The notes under the pieces were generated by a model. That model had not been told where the DNA came from and made no database searches. It was given only the letters and a program-made list of their open reading frames with translations. A stretch of 64,000 bases of DNA, from positions 8,763,539 through 8,827,538 of the forward strand of contig OZ316896.1 of assembly GCA_973895155.1 (NCBI GenBank). The letters are read 5' to 3'. This DNA comes from Marsupella aquatica (lineage: Eukaryota; Plantae; Marchantiophyta). The position numbers were made by a program, and so were the translations under genes. Shown one piece after another: positions 44,698-57,411 of the stretch; the first letter of the stretch is position 1; each line of letters opens with the position of its first letter.

Positions 44698-46023
44698 ATG
44701 GGATTCATTCAGATGGAGAAAACTTTAGCGAGGTCCGCTAGCGTGGACAAATCTCTGCAAAGGGCGCTCAGCTCGGACTGTAAGACTATGCAAAGGAGCA
44801 CTAGTCTGAGGAAATCGAGAAGTCCTCCGCCTTCCTTTAACAACTTTTATGGAGGGTGGGCAGGCCGTCAACAGAGAAATGCGAGACTGACGTTAATGTG
44901 TGGCCTCGTGACCATTCTCATCCTCAGGGGCTCTATTGTCATCCAAACCTCGGAGTTTGAGTATTTTCTGCAGGAGCAGGGGTCGACAGCTGAGGTTGAT
45001 GTAGCTTACCGGTTGGGCCCTCAAATAAAAGACTGGGACGAGCAGAGATTAGAATGGAACTTGAGAAATTCGGGCAGGAATGTCACGCGTGAGGGTAAGC
45101 CACGGATCATGCTCGTGACAGGCTCGCAGCCTCAAGCATGCCAGAGTGCCATCGGCGATCATTACCTTCTCAAGGCCCTCAAAAACAAACTTGACTATGC
45201 CAGAATCCACGACATGGACCTCCACTACAACATGGCTGTGATGCACGACGAAATGGACGATGTCTGGATCAAGCTTCCCACCATCCGTAAAATGATGCTC
45301 GCCCATCCCGAGGCCGAGTGGATTTGGTGGATGGACAGCGACGCTCTATTCACTGACATGGAGTTTGAGTTGCCAATGGAGAAATACGTCAACCACAACA
45401 TGGTCATCCATGGTTTCTCTTGGAAGGTCTTCGATGACAAGGATTGGTGCGGGCTCAATGCTGGAGTGTTTTTAGTCAGGAACAACCAGTGGACGCTCGA
45501 CTTCCTGGACATGTGGGCACGCATGGGCGAGAAGAGGGCTGACAATCGAGACGTCGTCGGTCGAATCTTCACCGAGAGTTTGACGGGGAGACCGGCGAAC
45601 TTCGAGGCTGACGACCAATCTGGACTAGTTTATCTGCTCAATACTCTGAAGGATGTGCTCAGCCCGAAAATTTTCCTCGAGCACTCCTTTTACCTTCACG
45701 GGTTTTGGGTCATCCTCTCCGACAAGTACGAGCAGTACATGCACGACTTCCGCCCTGGCTTCGGTGATCATCGTTGGCCGTTCGTGACGCATTTCGTGGG
45801 GTGCAAAACTTGCAGCGGCTCTTATGGTGATTACGACCAGAAACGCTGTACCACTCAGATGGATCGAGCGTTCAATTTTGCCGACAACCAAGTTCTCCAG
45901 ATTTTCGGGTTCCAGCACAATTCGCTCTCTGATTCGCAAGTCACTCGAGTGAGGGAGGATACCGATCGTCCATTGACACTGCTTACCCAAAACCTTTGGA
46001 CCAACTCTACGATTCTATTCTAG
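44698..46023 (+). CDS. Glycosyltransferase family 34 (xyloglucan 6-xylosyltransferase / galactosyltransferase-like), intronless CDS
   Basis: 441 aa. Type II TM segment LTLMCGLVTILILRG, YRLGPQIKDWDEQR, LVTGSQP..C....GDHYLLK..KNK.DYARIH, WWMDSDALFTDM (DxD), EADDQS and RWPFVTHFVGCK. Confidence 0.93.
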   Translation: MGFIQMEKTLARSASVDKSLQRALSSDCKTMQRSTSLRKSRSPPPSFNNFYGGWAGRQQRNARLTLMCGLVTILILRGSIVIQTSEFEYFLQEQGSTAEVDVAYRLGPQIKDWDEQRLEWNLRNSGRNVTREGKPRIMLVTGSQPQACQSAIGDHYLLKALKNKLDYARIHDMDLHYNMAVMHDEMDDVWIKLPTIRKMMLAHPEAEWIWWMDSDALFTDMEFELPMEKYVNHNMVIHGFSWKVFDDKDWCGLNAGVFLVRNNQWTLDFLDMWARMGEKRADNRDVVGRIFTESLTGRPANFEADDQSGLVYLLNTLKDVLSPKIFLEHSFYLHGFWVILSDKYEQYMHDFRPGFGDHRWPFVTHFVGCKTCSGSYGDYDQKRCTTQMDRAFNFADNQVLQIFGFQHNSLSDSQVTRVREDTDRPLTLLTQNLWTNSTILF

Positions 46024-47662
46024 GGTACGTGAGATTGTCTCTTGAGTTTAATATAATGAGACGGAATACTACCTGAAACTAGTGCGCGTCCGAGTCCACG
46101 GCAAGCTGCTTGACTGGTCATCTAGCTTTTGAGCGTCAGATTCCGAGTAATCGAAAAAGAAACCCTCGATCGACTGGAAAGACAGTTGGCCTGTGTGATT
46201 TCGAAATGCTCATTGTACATTCCTCCACACTTCCACACTACTTTTGATCGACGAAGGTCATGATTGCTAACAGGACTACCAAACAGAGAACTGAGGTGGC
46301 AGTCCGCTACCGCAGTCAGATCGAAGATTGTGGTAGTCAATTCTACGGGAAGTAGAATAGTGGTAATGAGTGACCCCGCAGGCGATGAGGGCCCCATGAG
46401 ATAAATAAGATTAGGGGCCCAATGAAATAAATCTCCCCGGATTACTGAACAATTATCGATATCACTCCCATACCGTGTATTTATGTCCTGGTTGTGTTTG
46501 GTGGAAGTGAGTCATGCATGTGTCTGTAAACGTCTGTGGGTGATGTCGCCAATCAGAGCGAAATTGACATCGAAGGTACGAAAATTCTAACGACCTTTAT
46601 CATTGAAATCGTTCGGTTTTACTAGATTCACTCGCCTCGTATGAGCTTGCGTCACTTGGCCGGGAGGGACAAGTAGGGCATCGATCATCGCGAACAGTGA
46701 ACCCTCGAGAAAACCGCCCTCAGACAAGCGGGACGAGTGTACATGCAAAGTCTTGTTTTGAGAATAATCCTCCTATTCCTCCCATCACGCAAGAGCTGAC
46801 AGTCGCGACGCTCTAAAACTGCACCACGCAATATGCGAAGAAGTCCCAATACGTTTGTGCTACGCGAGGCTGTTGAACAGACCAATCAATGACATACCAA
46901 CACCGAGATGATCGAGGACGAGGGTGATCGGTTCATTACTGCTGCTGATGATAATGGCTCCTTGCCGCAACTGGTAATTGCCCATGGTCTGCATTGAGTG
47001 AGTGAAAATCTTGGAGCACGTCATCTTAGCCAGTTCGACAAGACAATGTTCCAAGCATCCCGCAGTACTTGGCGCAAGGAAGGTGAAGGTAGCGAACCAA
47101 GGTCGGCCCCTTCAGTTCTACGATCGGTTGTGGAACCCATTGCCAGAGGCGAGATAAACTTGAACGAATCCTCTTGATGGAACTCGAACGGATCTCCGCT
47201 ATATCAGAAAGTTGCACACATTTTGGCACGTTTTGGGAACGGAGATGACACAAGAGTGATCGAGACCTTCAGCAGATCGATTGCTTTACCGAATGCATGG
47301 AGGATGAGCGACGATCACCCGGCGCTCGGACACGCAGTAGTATTGAAAATGTTAACAGCTCTCCGCAAGCTGAGGGTGAAACAGAGCCGCCATTCCCCGA
47401 AAATCCGGAAGAATTGGAGGTTCCGTGCACGGAGGACTGTCCACTGAGGTCCGAATACTTAACAGCCGGTAGGAATCCGAAATCGGAGAAACAGAGCTCG
47501 CCCGTTGGAATTCGGGCCTTGTACCAACTCGACGAAGGGTATAACCTCACAAATAATTACTAATTAGATATGTGTCAGCGCTGCCGAAGTGAGCTTTACG
47601 ATGTCATTTGTGGGCTCGAATCACATGATGCTGACCAAAAGTTCAGACAGCTTACTCATTTA

Positions 47663-47815
47663 TAATTGCCCGTCATTGAGATTTTAATCTACCTTCCATC
47701 ATGCCTGCAGAATTGCTCATACCTCGACCAGTCACAATTGCCCGTCATTGAGATTTTAATCTACCTTCCACCATGCCTGCACAATTGCGCTAGACCTCAT
47801 ACCTGGACCAGTCAC
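47663..47815. repeat. Tandem duplication, ~72 bp
   Basis: AATTGCCCGTCATTGAGATTTTAATCTACCTTCCA..ATGCCTGCA occurs twice. Confidence 0.85.
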
Positions 47816-48002
47816 ACCAGGTACATATGTGTTTGCAGTCTGGTGGCTCTGGTCAAAATGTTAGAAACAATGATGGAGCATTTCTGGATAACCAAAAGTA
47901 GATATCATTTCTGTCTCCAATGCACCATAATATCTCAACCAAAGTGCTATGTGAGTAGACAGCTTTCATTTATAAGTATATTACATTACATGAAAAGCCC
48001 AA

Positions 48003-48178
48003 CTCGTGAGCAGACTTCCTAGTTTGTTCTTTATTCATGGCCTGAGTGATACAATCTTTCTTATTGTAATGTCTAGGTTGAGTATGGTCTCTCGTGAGCA
48101 GACTTCCTAGTTTCTTCTTTATTCATGGCCTGAGTGATACAATCTTTCTTATTGTCGTGTCTAGGTTCAGTATGGTCT
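48003..48178. repeat. Tandem duplication, ~88 bp
   Basis: CTCGTGAGCAGACTTCCTAGTTT...AGTATGGTCT occurs twice with few mismatches. Confidence 0.9.
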
Positions 48179-50293
48179 GATCGGCCTCAAAATCCAATTC
48201 CACGAGATCTCACTTAAAAAAAATAATCTCACACCTCCTAAGTTTTCCAGTGAAAATGGGAAAAACCGGGCAAGACACTCCGTTGAGCGAGCGGCGCCAT
48301 CTTCAATTCCGCAACACTCATCTGCACATTACTGTGATCCTGACATTGCTGCCATCATATACCGCCACGATATACCATCTTCGGATGAGGGGAAGGCAAC
48401 CTCATGTAAGAGACCAAAGGTCAATTTCCCATGTTTTGGGAAGAAGATTGAGGACCCTGAATGTTGGCTAGAGATGCATAAAAGCGATTTCCTGTCAATC
48501 ACAGCCGAGGAGCAGGAAAGGTTGAGGAAAGAAAAGGATTGGAAGAAAATTCAAGTGGGTCCACATGGAAAGTCAATCAGTCAGAAGCAGGCTGAGTGGG
48601 AAAGGGGGCTGAGGCAATATGACTATTGCTTAAGCTGGCAACGGCACATAGGCGAACATATTAGAAAAAGACATCAAGACAAACTGTATGTCAGATTTTG
48701 TCATTCCCCTGAAAATAGTGTATTGTAACATGATCCTGGATGATATCTTACTCAGATTTTCTCTAATTGTATCAAGAATTGGTCCACAAACTTTGGCAAA
48801 TTGACTTGTCTTCCCACTATACATTTCAAAATGCCCAATATTGCGTACAGAACTGAGGATCCTTTCAGTTTGCATTCCTATTGCATTCATATGTGACATT
48901 TCTCAATGCTGCAAGAGTTGATGGAACTGACAATGAATCTCGCAGAATCAAGGCAGCAGTTCGTGAGAAGCCAATTTCTAAATTACAAGAAATCAAGACA
49001 GATGCCAAGATGATGGAGAGAGAACTCTTCACAACTTCCAGGAGCCTGGTGAGAGCCATTCTAACTACTTTTCCTCTGGTTTAAGAGTTGAAATGATTTC
49101 ATATGAACGGATGGAATTGCATGTGATTGCCCCTAATCGGTAGTGTCTTGCAGGGAAAAACATCGTTGACAAAACACTTTGAGAAATAACTCCACTCACC
49201 GAGAAAAACAAAAATCAATTGATTAGCTCACTAGACACTTCATTATTTTTGTTGCCTCGAAAAAACCAAATGAATGTCATTATTTTCCTCTCATTGAGTT
49301 GTTGCATTTCAGGCTTTTCTTAGAATGTCAAACTCACTGTGATTGTAATGTTCACTGTTTCACGACAGAAACTCTGCCAGTTCTTTCAGAACAAAAAATA
49401 TTTCAATTTGGATCAGTATACTAATCCGGTCATTTCGATCACATGTAGTTGTCAACGTTAGGTACATTCATTTGTTGATTTTCATGTTCGTCTACCAATG
49501 GATATAGCTGATCTTTCCCAGCTCCATATTTTTCTGCTGACAGGATGAGTACAAGCAAAAAACACACCTAATTGTCAATGTTTTTCGTTCTAGGCGCCGG
49601 TTTCAACGAGATCAAGAGGCTTTTCTATTGCAAAATCGCTCCAAAATTGAATGTAAGCTTGTGATTCCTAATGGACACATTTGATGTGTCTTTTGAGATC
49701 TACTACTCTGTTGAGTTCTGTTCATACCCGTCCATGAATTCTATTGGTCACACTTGCCTTGTTGCGCTTTAGGTATCCAGTGGATAACAACTTTGTGATT
49801 GTTTGACAATATAAGGCTTTTATACAATCCTTAGAGACAAAGATATGCTGTTAAAACAAAGAATATCAAATAAAACATTACCAGTACAGTAGGTTGCCTC
49901 AAACTAATCACATAAAATTTCCAAGGGATGCAGGGAGAAAAACTATGGCCAACGTGCAGTCAAAAGTTAAGGAACTACTGTCTGCAAAGAAATCATCTCA
50001 ACTGGTAGGAGAACAAAGCAATTTGGGGAGAAGTCAAGAGGTTGTGGTAGCCACACCATGCAGTTGTAGGGCAAAGGAAATCAAATCATTTCACCAATCA
50101 TCACAGGAGGATTCAAAGGGGGACGCTTTGAATAAGCCTTTGACCGAGCTTATGCTAGGGACATACCAACCCAAATTGAAGAAAACAGAATCCGTTGACA
50201 AAGCAAAGGGCAAACTTACTCACAATCGCTTAGATAATGTGAAAAAATCCCACAGGCATCCATCAAAAGCCCATATTTTACGCGAGGCACAAT

Positions 50294-50647
50294 TGGATGC
50301 GGATGAATGGAGTATCATTGACCCAGATTCGCCAAAGCATGGAAATCAGTTCAAATGCTTTGGGCGCTAGTCGCCATCCAACTGAAAAGTAATCTTTCCA
50401 CTTACACTTAACTGGAAGCGGATGAATGGAGTATCATTGACCCGGATTCGCCAAAGCATGGAAATCAGTTCAAATGCTTTGGGTGCTAGTCACCATCCAA
50501 CTGAAAAGTAATCTTTCCACCTACACTTAACTGGAAGCGGATGAATGGAGTATCATTGATCCGAATTTTGCCGAAGCATGGAAATCAGTTCAAATTCTTT
50601 GGGTGCTAATCACCATCCAACTGAAAAGTAATCTTTCCACTACACTC
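50294..50647. repeat. 119-bp tandem repeat x3
   Basis: GCGGATGAATGGAGTATCATTGA starts at 50299, 50418 and 50537. Confidence 0.92.
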
Positions 50648-52157
50648 ATCACCTCACATTCAATCAAGTTCAGATTGTTGATGGCAAATTCTTAGTACAT
50701 AATGGGTGCCCCGATACATTTGCCAACTCTCATTCTTAATCGTCTTAATGAAATTTGCCGTGGTGGGTTAGGGAACCCGAGGGCCTTGAGAATTTGCCGA
50801 CACGTTTGACCTGGTTCAGGCATCAATCCAACAGTCATATGAGAAACATATTTAAAACCATAAAATTATTATGTAATTATTTTGAGTTAGAAAAACGTAC
50901 TATCTTTCATAGCCAAGTCTTCTGGTGTGGTGGGAAACAGGGAAATAAGTTCATCTAACTCAAACCCCACCCATTTTTGTATTTGCACAGTAGGGTTGCA
51001 ACAATCTGTTTCAATCAAACACTGTTGAATTTTCAAAACGGGCGAAATTGTTTTTGTTGCGAGCCATGACCATCACCTGTGTAGTCACCTCTGTTTGTTG
51101 AATTGACCTCAATTGTCTTATCATTCTCAACTGCATTTATTTTCTGGCTTGCTGCATTCATTGTATGGCTTTCCAGGAGGTTGTAGATGTATTCAGTCCA
51201 CCCTATTTCATTCTCCTGTTGTTAGTAAGAAAACTATGCCAGTGAGTCTTCCTAAGTGCATTGTTTTCTGCACTTAAAATGATCTTTTAATTTCCGTCTG
51301 TACAGGGCCAGGGAAATGCTCAAACATCTACGTTTTATGGTCTTCAAAACGAGGCTGTCGTCCAGTCAGGTCCTTGAGCACAATACCTGAGCACAATCCT
51401 GCCGGTCTATTGCAAACCAAGGTGAATGTGTCTGAGTTGAAAACATACAATATCCAAATAAGCTATATGATTAGGGAGTTCCCACAGTAAGGTTCCACAA
51501 TTTCCTACTGGAAGGAAAATTGGTAGAAAGTCTGGACCAAAACCTTCATTCACAGCTTGAAAAATGATTTCATCCCAATGCAAATGTGCAATTATCATGT
51601 GAGAGACGGAATGCACAACTTTCCCCCTTTAATTCTGGTGCACAGACTTCACATAGGCTGAGAGATTGAGGACATGTCAACTGGGTGGGAACTTTAAATA
51701 TGCTTTTATTTGCCATTTGGGGGCAATAAAATTGTCTTCTCAATTGTCTTAGGCGTTTGACGCAACCATTTCTCAAATTGTTCCTGTGGTATTCACAGCA
51801 GCTACTTACGACCTTGTATACAGATATTCCTCAAACTCACATTCTGAGACAAGTCTCCCAAGCGACCTCTCTCGAGGGTATCCCAACAGAAACTGATAGG
51901 CTCTACTATTTGCAACACCTACTCAACATACACCTCTGAATGTTGGAGTAAATGATTAAGAAAATTGCACTGTCTCACCTCGAATTTGATTTACTACTTC
52001 CATTCGGTCAGAAAAACGCTTTTTGCCAAGCCTTCGCTCACCTCAATTTGATATATCTTTGACATCTTCCATTTGGTCAGAAAAACCCTTCTTGCCTAGT
52101 GACCTCTCTCGAGGGTATCTGATCAGAAACTGATTGGATCTAGTATTTTGCCAACAC

Positions 52158-55040
52158 CTACTCAACATCCTGAAATGTTTTCGCACCGTCTACTGGGCGA
52201 GAGAAGCTCTTATTGTCCAACACCTTTTCGAGGTAATCTTTAGGGAGATCCACTAGTTCTAATGTTTTGTTGTACACATCCTCGGCATATTCCAAATCTT
52301 CTACGTAACTGGCCACCTTGCCCGGTGTGCACGCCGATGTGATATAGGGGGCTCCTTGAAGGTCCATCTCCCGTGCATATCGGTAAAGTTTCGGGTCTGT
52401 GGCACAGAATAATACACTTCGGGCACCTACAGCGAGACCGATAAGTTGAGTTCCATGACTAGCACAGATAAAATCCTAGATAAAAAAGGGCTTGGGAACT
52501 CTCGAAGGAGAGAACCTTCACCGATTATGTAATGCACGACAGTTGAGCACCTTCACTAAAATACAGCTTTCAAGAGCTTTCGTTAATACTTTTCATCCAG
52601 TCAAAGTAGGAAGAAACGGGCAGTGAAGTTTACCTTCAAGTGGAGAAAATTCAAGCAAATTCAGAGCCCATTTTTTAATCTTTTGCACAACTTTCGGCAA
52701 ACTGCGTATCTGCAGTCACAGAGGTCAAGTATTCATCACATCACTGAGGTCAGATGGGACTCCAGAGGCTGAAGCCACAGCAGTATCCTCTCAAGAGTGT
52801 GAACTTTCGACCATAACGAATAAAATGGTGGGTGGCGGAGGTGGAAGCAGATAGATAGATTGTAAGTCTATTCTTGTAGACATACCATTTCAGTTTGCAC
52901 TTCTCCAGGGTGAGTGAGAACAACATATAATCCTGCCTGCAGAATTCGCTTCTGGAGAACACGGCTAAACAATATCTGCAGAATCGTTCGAAAGACGTTC
53001 ATAAGAGCACTCCACATACTTATTTTGCAACAAGAAGCATCGCGATTAGGCATTCTAAACACAGGAATTTGACCAACATCAACGAAAGGAACGCATCTGC
53101 AGAACTCGCTAAAGGGTGACGTGGGAGAGAACTGGAAAACAGCAACGATACCTGGGCCAATTTGCTTCCACTGTACCCAGCCATAGCAGAAAATTTCCTC
53201 TTCATGAGATTCATATCGTCCGGCTCTACAAAGCCAAAGTGATGAACCTGTGGAGTGAGAATAATAACTTGCCATCAGTAAGCTAATCATTCCTCGACAA
53301 TCTTGTCATAATCCTGCTGTACATGCCTCCTCTCCTTAAGAGTACATCCTGACACTAGAAATGATATCGATTTATCATCCAAGTCATCACTCTCTTCTCA
53401 AATATCTTCAAACTCTTCATAAGCTTTCACAAGCAGCTACTTGTGAATCTAGTCACAGCGCTTTCTGAAGATGTTTCTATCGCAAAAGGTATTGCCCATG
53501 GTTTTTCTGCTCAGGCATCCCTTGCCGTGCCTGCGATCTGTCTTCCACCAACAACATGGTGGTTCCGAACCTCTTAAAGAAATTGACTGCTTGGTAAACA
53601 AACAATGTTTATAGCACAATCTCTCTCCATAAAATTATACAGAGAAGGAGATCAAAGACTCATCTCTAGTAATACAATTCCTGCTTGTAGTTCAATGGCT
53701 AAAGTACAAGAATGCGTCAGTGAAGAACAGAAAAACTCACGTCGGAGTTGACATTGACGATACGAGAAGGTGCTGCGCGGATGAGAGATGGAAGAAGCAG
53801 CAGTGAAAGCAGAGCATGACCTAGGTGATTCACTTGCATGTGTTGCTCGTACCCATCCTCCGAGAATTTCTGTTTAACTGATCGCAGTCCAACCTTCAAG
53901 ATATGAGTTGCTAGAAAGTCGAATCCTTAGCTAAAAGCCAACTCCGATGAGAAATGGTTGAGAAAGCGTCGAAATTGAGCCTCCCTCCGGATGCAATGCT
54001 CACCACCAATGGAGAAAATGCCGGCGTTGTTGATAAGAACGTGAAGGGGAAGTTGTCGAGCATTCCATTGTTTCGCAAAAGCGCGGACTGAAGCCAGAGA
54101 CAGGAGGTTGAGCTCCATCACCTGATGTATTGAGTGTCAGGAAGATCTGAAATTTCTTTCCGAGATCTACAACTACAAACTTCTTCCGCTGGAAATTCTA
54201 GTTCAAACCTAAACCTAAGACATCCGCGTGCACAGAGTACTAGTAGAAGGTTGAGAATCAGATTACCTCCGCGTTTATCGATGGGCCCCCTGTTGCTTTT
54301 TGAACGTCAATCCATTTCTGAACGAGTTCTTCCCCGGCATTAGTGTTTCTTACGGCCAGCACAACATGAGCCCCGGCACGAGCTAGTTCACTGGAAAAAA
54401 TCAGTTACGGAAATGAAAGACGTCAAGGTCATCGCTCTCGGTCATCTTTCCTCACCTCAATCCTTTCATTCATCGTAAGTCATTGTGATAGCGGTTCTCC
54501 AAGATCAAGCTTCTCTATTTCATCTCCTTCCTTGCACTCATGTTAAGTTACCAAAGAAGCGTTTCTTCAAGATTCAGCTTCCATATTCCATCCTATGTGC
54601 AGATTTCATGAACTATAGGCAACCAGAGAAGAATGCGTCCTTCAGTCCTTCACAAATTACTACGTACTCTTCCAAACAGAGTACAAGGCCCTCAAAATCG
54701 GGAGAGAAAACCAAAACCAGATAGATGGCATTTCAGGGACCGCAAGGGACCGCAAGAAGGATAACCTCAACTAGACGCACGATTCAATGGAACAGAATGG
54801 AGTATGCCTTGGGCATGGAGAGATCATCAGACAGAGAGAGGGAGAGAGATATGAAACTGGCCCCGAAATCTCGACGCCCATGCCAGACGTAGCACCCGTG
54901 ACGATGACGGTCAAGTGAGGCGACAGCTGCAACGGCAGCCGCTTAGGCAGATGCCTACACCGAATTTTCTGCAACAGCATATCGGTAGCTACAAGATAGA
55001 AACCGTAGAGATACTGCCACCAGCTCAACCCCTTCGCCAT
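52158..55040 (-). CDS. FEY: Short-chain dehydrogenase/reductase, FOREVER YOUNG (FEY)-like, 8 exons
   Basis: Rossmann motif IVTGATSGMG, LHVLINNAG, QKFSEDGYEQHMQVNHL, catalytic YSGSK and C-terminal KTLELVDLP, all matching the recalled FEY sequence. Exons 55040-54862, 54390-54267, 54122-54004, 53878-53741, 53247-53152, 52975-52886, 52709-52634, 52426-52158. Confidence 0.9.
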
Positions 55041-56161
55041 CGCACTAGCTGTGTAGTTCTACTTTTGCCGCACCCAAGAAATAATCGCTTCAAGATCGGA
55101 GTCTTCTCACCGTCCGCTACTATGCATTTCCACCTTCAGAAAGATTCAATAGTTCTGGCTTGTTTTCTCATCCTTGAAATGCTTCACTGCCCCGACATCC
55201 ATCCATCCATCCTTAATGCCCTTCGTGGTTTTTCCCTTCGTATTTGTCAGTGCGTTCTTGGAGAATGATGCCCAGGTCAAGATTTGGATCACCTCATTAG
55301 TAATATTCTCCACTACTTTGACTGGAACTAAAAACAAAAATCTTCTCTTCTCGGTCTGCAGTAAGGAGCTCTTTGTTGGCAAATCAAGGGCATCTTACAG
55401 TCTCTCCTGTGCGCGTTAGACAAAGAATGCATTTTGGCCTGTGAATGATACTCTGAATGGAGGAACCAAAAACCAACAAAAACCAACAAGTTTGAGAGAC
55501 TCAAGAGTGGTGAAAGAAATTCAGAGTGTATTGTGGCCGAGCTCTCTTTATTATATAGGTGAGTGAAATGAGTCCAACAATCAATTTAAAAGGTGTTTGA
55601 GTGATCTTGGTCTGAGCTGGACTTTTCTAGTCAAGTTAAGACCATTTGCACTCTCAGATTAAGAGTATGTTGTTTGACTTAGCTTCATGCACTCTCAAAT
55701 CAAGACTTCTTTTGTTGGCTCAATTAGCCCAAGAGTCAATCTAGACGGAAGGAGTGGTCGGTCTGGGTCTCAGTTTGAGTCTTAGCTCAATCCAGCTGTC
55801 TATTTAGACCATGAGCCATCATACTCTTAGTTTCAAACTCCATTGTTGACTTTGCTTCCTACTTAGACCTTAGACCCAAAGGAGTGGTTTGGGTGTGAGT
55901 CAATGACTTCCATTTTGTGGGACCTGCGTAGAATGGTTTTAGACAATACTTACTATGACAGAATACACGGACAAAAGCTAAAGGCTACCCAAAAGCTAAA
56001 GGCTACCCTGTACGTGTGCCATCCTGCGATGTGGGTGTAACCTTGTGTGCTCTGCCTCATGATGCTTCCTAGTCACCCAAAGAAAATGGAATGCTTGACA
56101 GTTCTTGTAATTGATTACTATAGGAGAAACATGTAATACATCCTAACTTTCGTTCTCACAC

Positions 56162-56261
56162 TTTAAAGGGGATGGTCTTCGGTCAAGTGGATATGACTAT
56201 TCTCACTCCGGTTTAAAGAGGATGCTCTTCGGTCAAGCGGATATGACTATTCTCACTCCGG
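56162..56261. repeat. Tandem duplication, ~50 bp
   Basis: TTTAAAG.GGATG.TCTTCGGTCAAG.GGATATGACTATTCTCACTCCGG occurs twice. A separate 18-bp duplication CAAAAGCTAAAGGCTACC lies at ~55972-56007. Confidence 0.85.
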
Positions 56262-57411
56262 GCGATAGATGCGGTGGTATATCATGGGAAGTTAGCTTGA
56301 TCATAATAATAGCAAGTGCAAGACACAGGTTGATTTCTTTGAGATGCTTGTGCACTACCCGACCGCTTTGGGAGTTCAACGACGATGGCGTTCAATTTGT
56401 GATGCATCACGAGTGCAGTCAAGTCCCTTGCTAATTTCAAACTACGGTATACTCCTTGATGGATGCGGGCTTTTGAAGACAACGTGGTTGTGGACAAGCA
56501 GTCAAGTGCTGACCGATCATGCACAATGGAGAACCAAACACTTCCGGAGAACTGCGCTAGACGCCTTTTCTGATTCGGAGATGTAACGGTCGATTTCAAT
56601 CAAGCGCTTCTGGGATCTGGCAATCAACATGCTAAGTTACTAAATCCTCCAAATTCACAGCGCCGAGGACTAGACATAGGTGCCAGAGACAAGAGACGTG
56701 ACTGTACGTAGACGATACCGAGACTGGTAAAGAAGAAATTGACCAACAGGAATCAGCGAAAGGATGGTTACTCATTTCACATCAACCAGTCGTCACGCAG
56801 TTGATGATCTCTACATTATCATGTCGCGTTGTATTCGCAATTAATTTTGGAGCTACACCAGAAGTAAAATGGAACTCAAGTCGAAGTAGCAAAGAAGTGG
56901 TTCTCGTTAGCACTCGGAATTTCTGGCTGTATCCACCTCAAATCTCGCTCTTGGATAAGCTCACCTCCAGGCATTATTGTGCGGAATATATTCTGTACAA
57001 ATGTACAATCTGCTAGGATCATTCCACTACATACTGGAAGTGTCAATTAACGAAATGTCACTCTTGGTAAGGATTCCCAGATTCCTTGTCATCGTAGCCG
57101 CAAAATCTTTGCTCTTTTGCTAAGGAGTGACCTACGTATATCTTATGCCTCGTCTTATACACAATCGTTTGTGTAAAGTTTTTACATCACATTTCTTGCG
57201 CACATTTCTTGCGCACTTCACGCGCAAGAGACTATATGGTAGACTCACAATGAATAAACACCTAAACAAGAACCAAACTCATTGGCATGGGCCAAGGCCA
57301 ATTTGGCCAGTTCCTAACCTTGAGACCCTGCTCGACATTTGGTGATTTGAGAGGTCCCATAGCGAAAGAAAGTAAGAGGGAATATCGTCAAATTAACAAA
57401 GCTTTGGTCGA

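Larger units (their letters stand above)
47297..51421 (+). pseudogene. Probable degenerate spliced gene of unknown family
   Basis: 47297-47538 (GG|GTATAA) splices in frame via TTTTCCAG to an open exon 48251-~48685. Further exon-like blocks with splice signals at ~48869-49048, 49594-49652, ~49773-50370 and ~51306-51421 contain stops or phase breaks. No recognisable domain. Confidence 0.35.

Noticed and set aside
50294-50647. Regularly spaced repeats as a possible CRISPR array (also 22575-22735, 42695-43035 and 62489-62645)
   Set aside because: Whole units are repeated with no unique spacers, no cas genes are present and the context is eukaryotic.
56222-56599. Short overlapping ORFs between FEY and SURNod19
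   Set aside because: No family recognised and the frames are interrupted; insufficient support for a pseudogene call.
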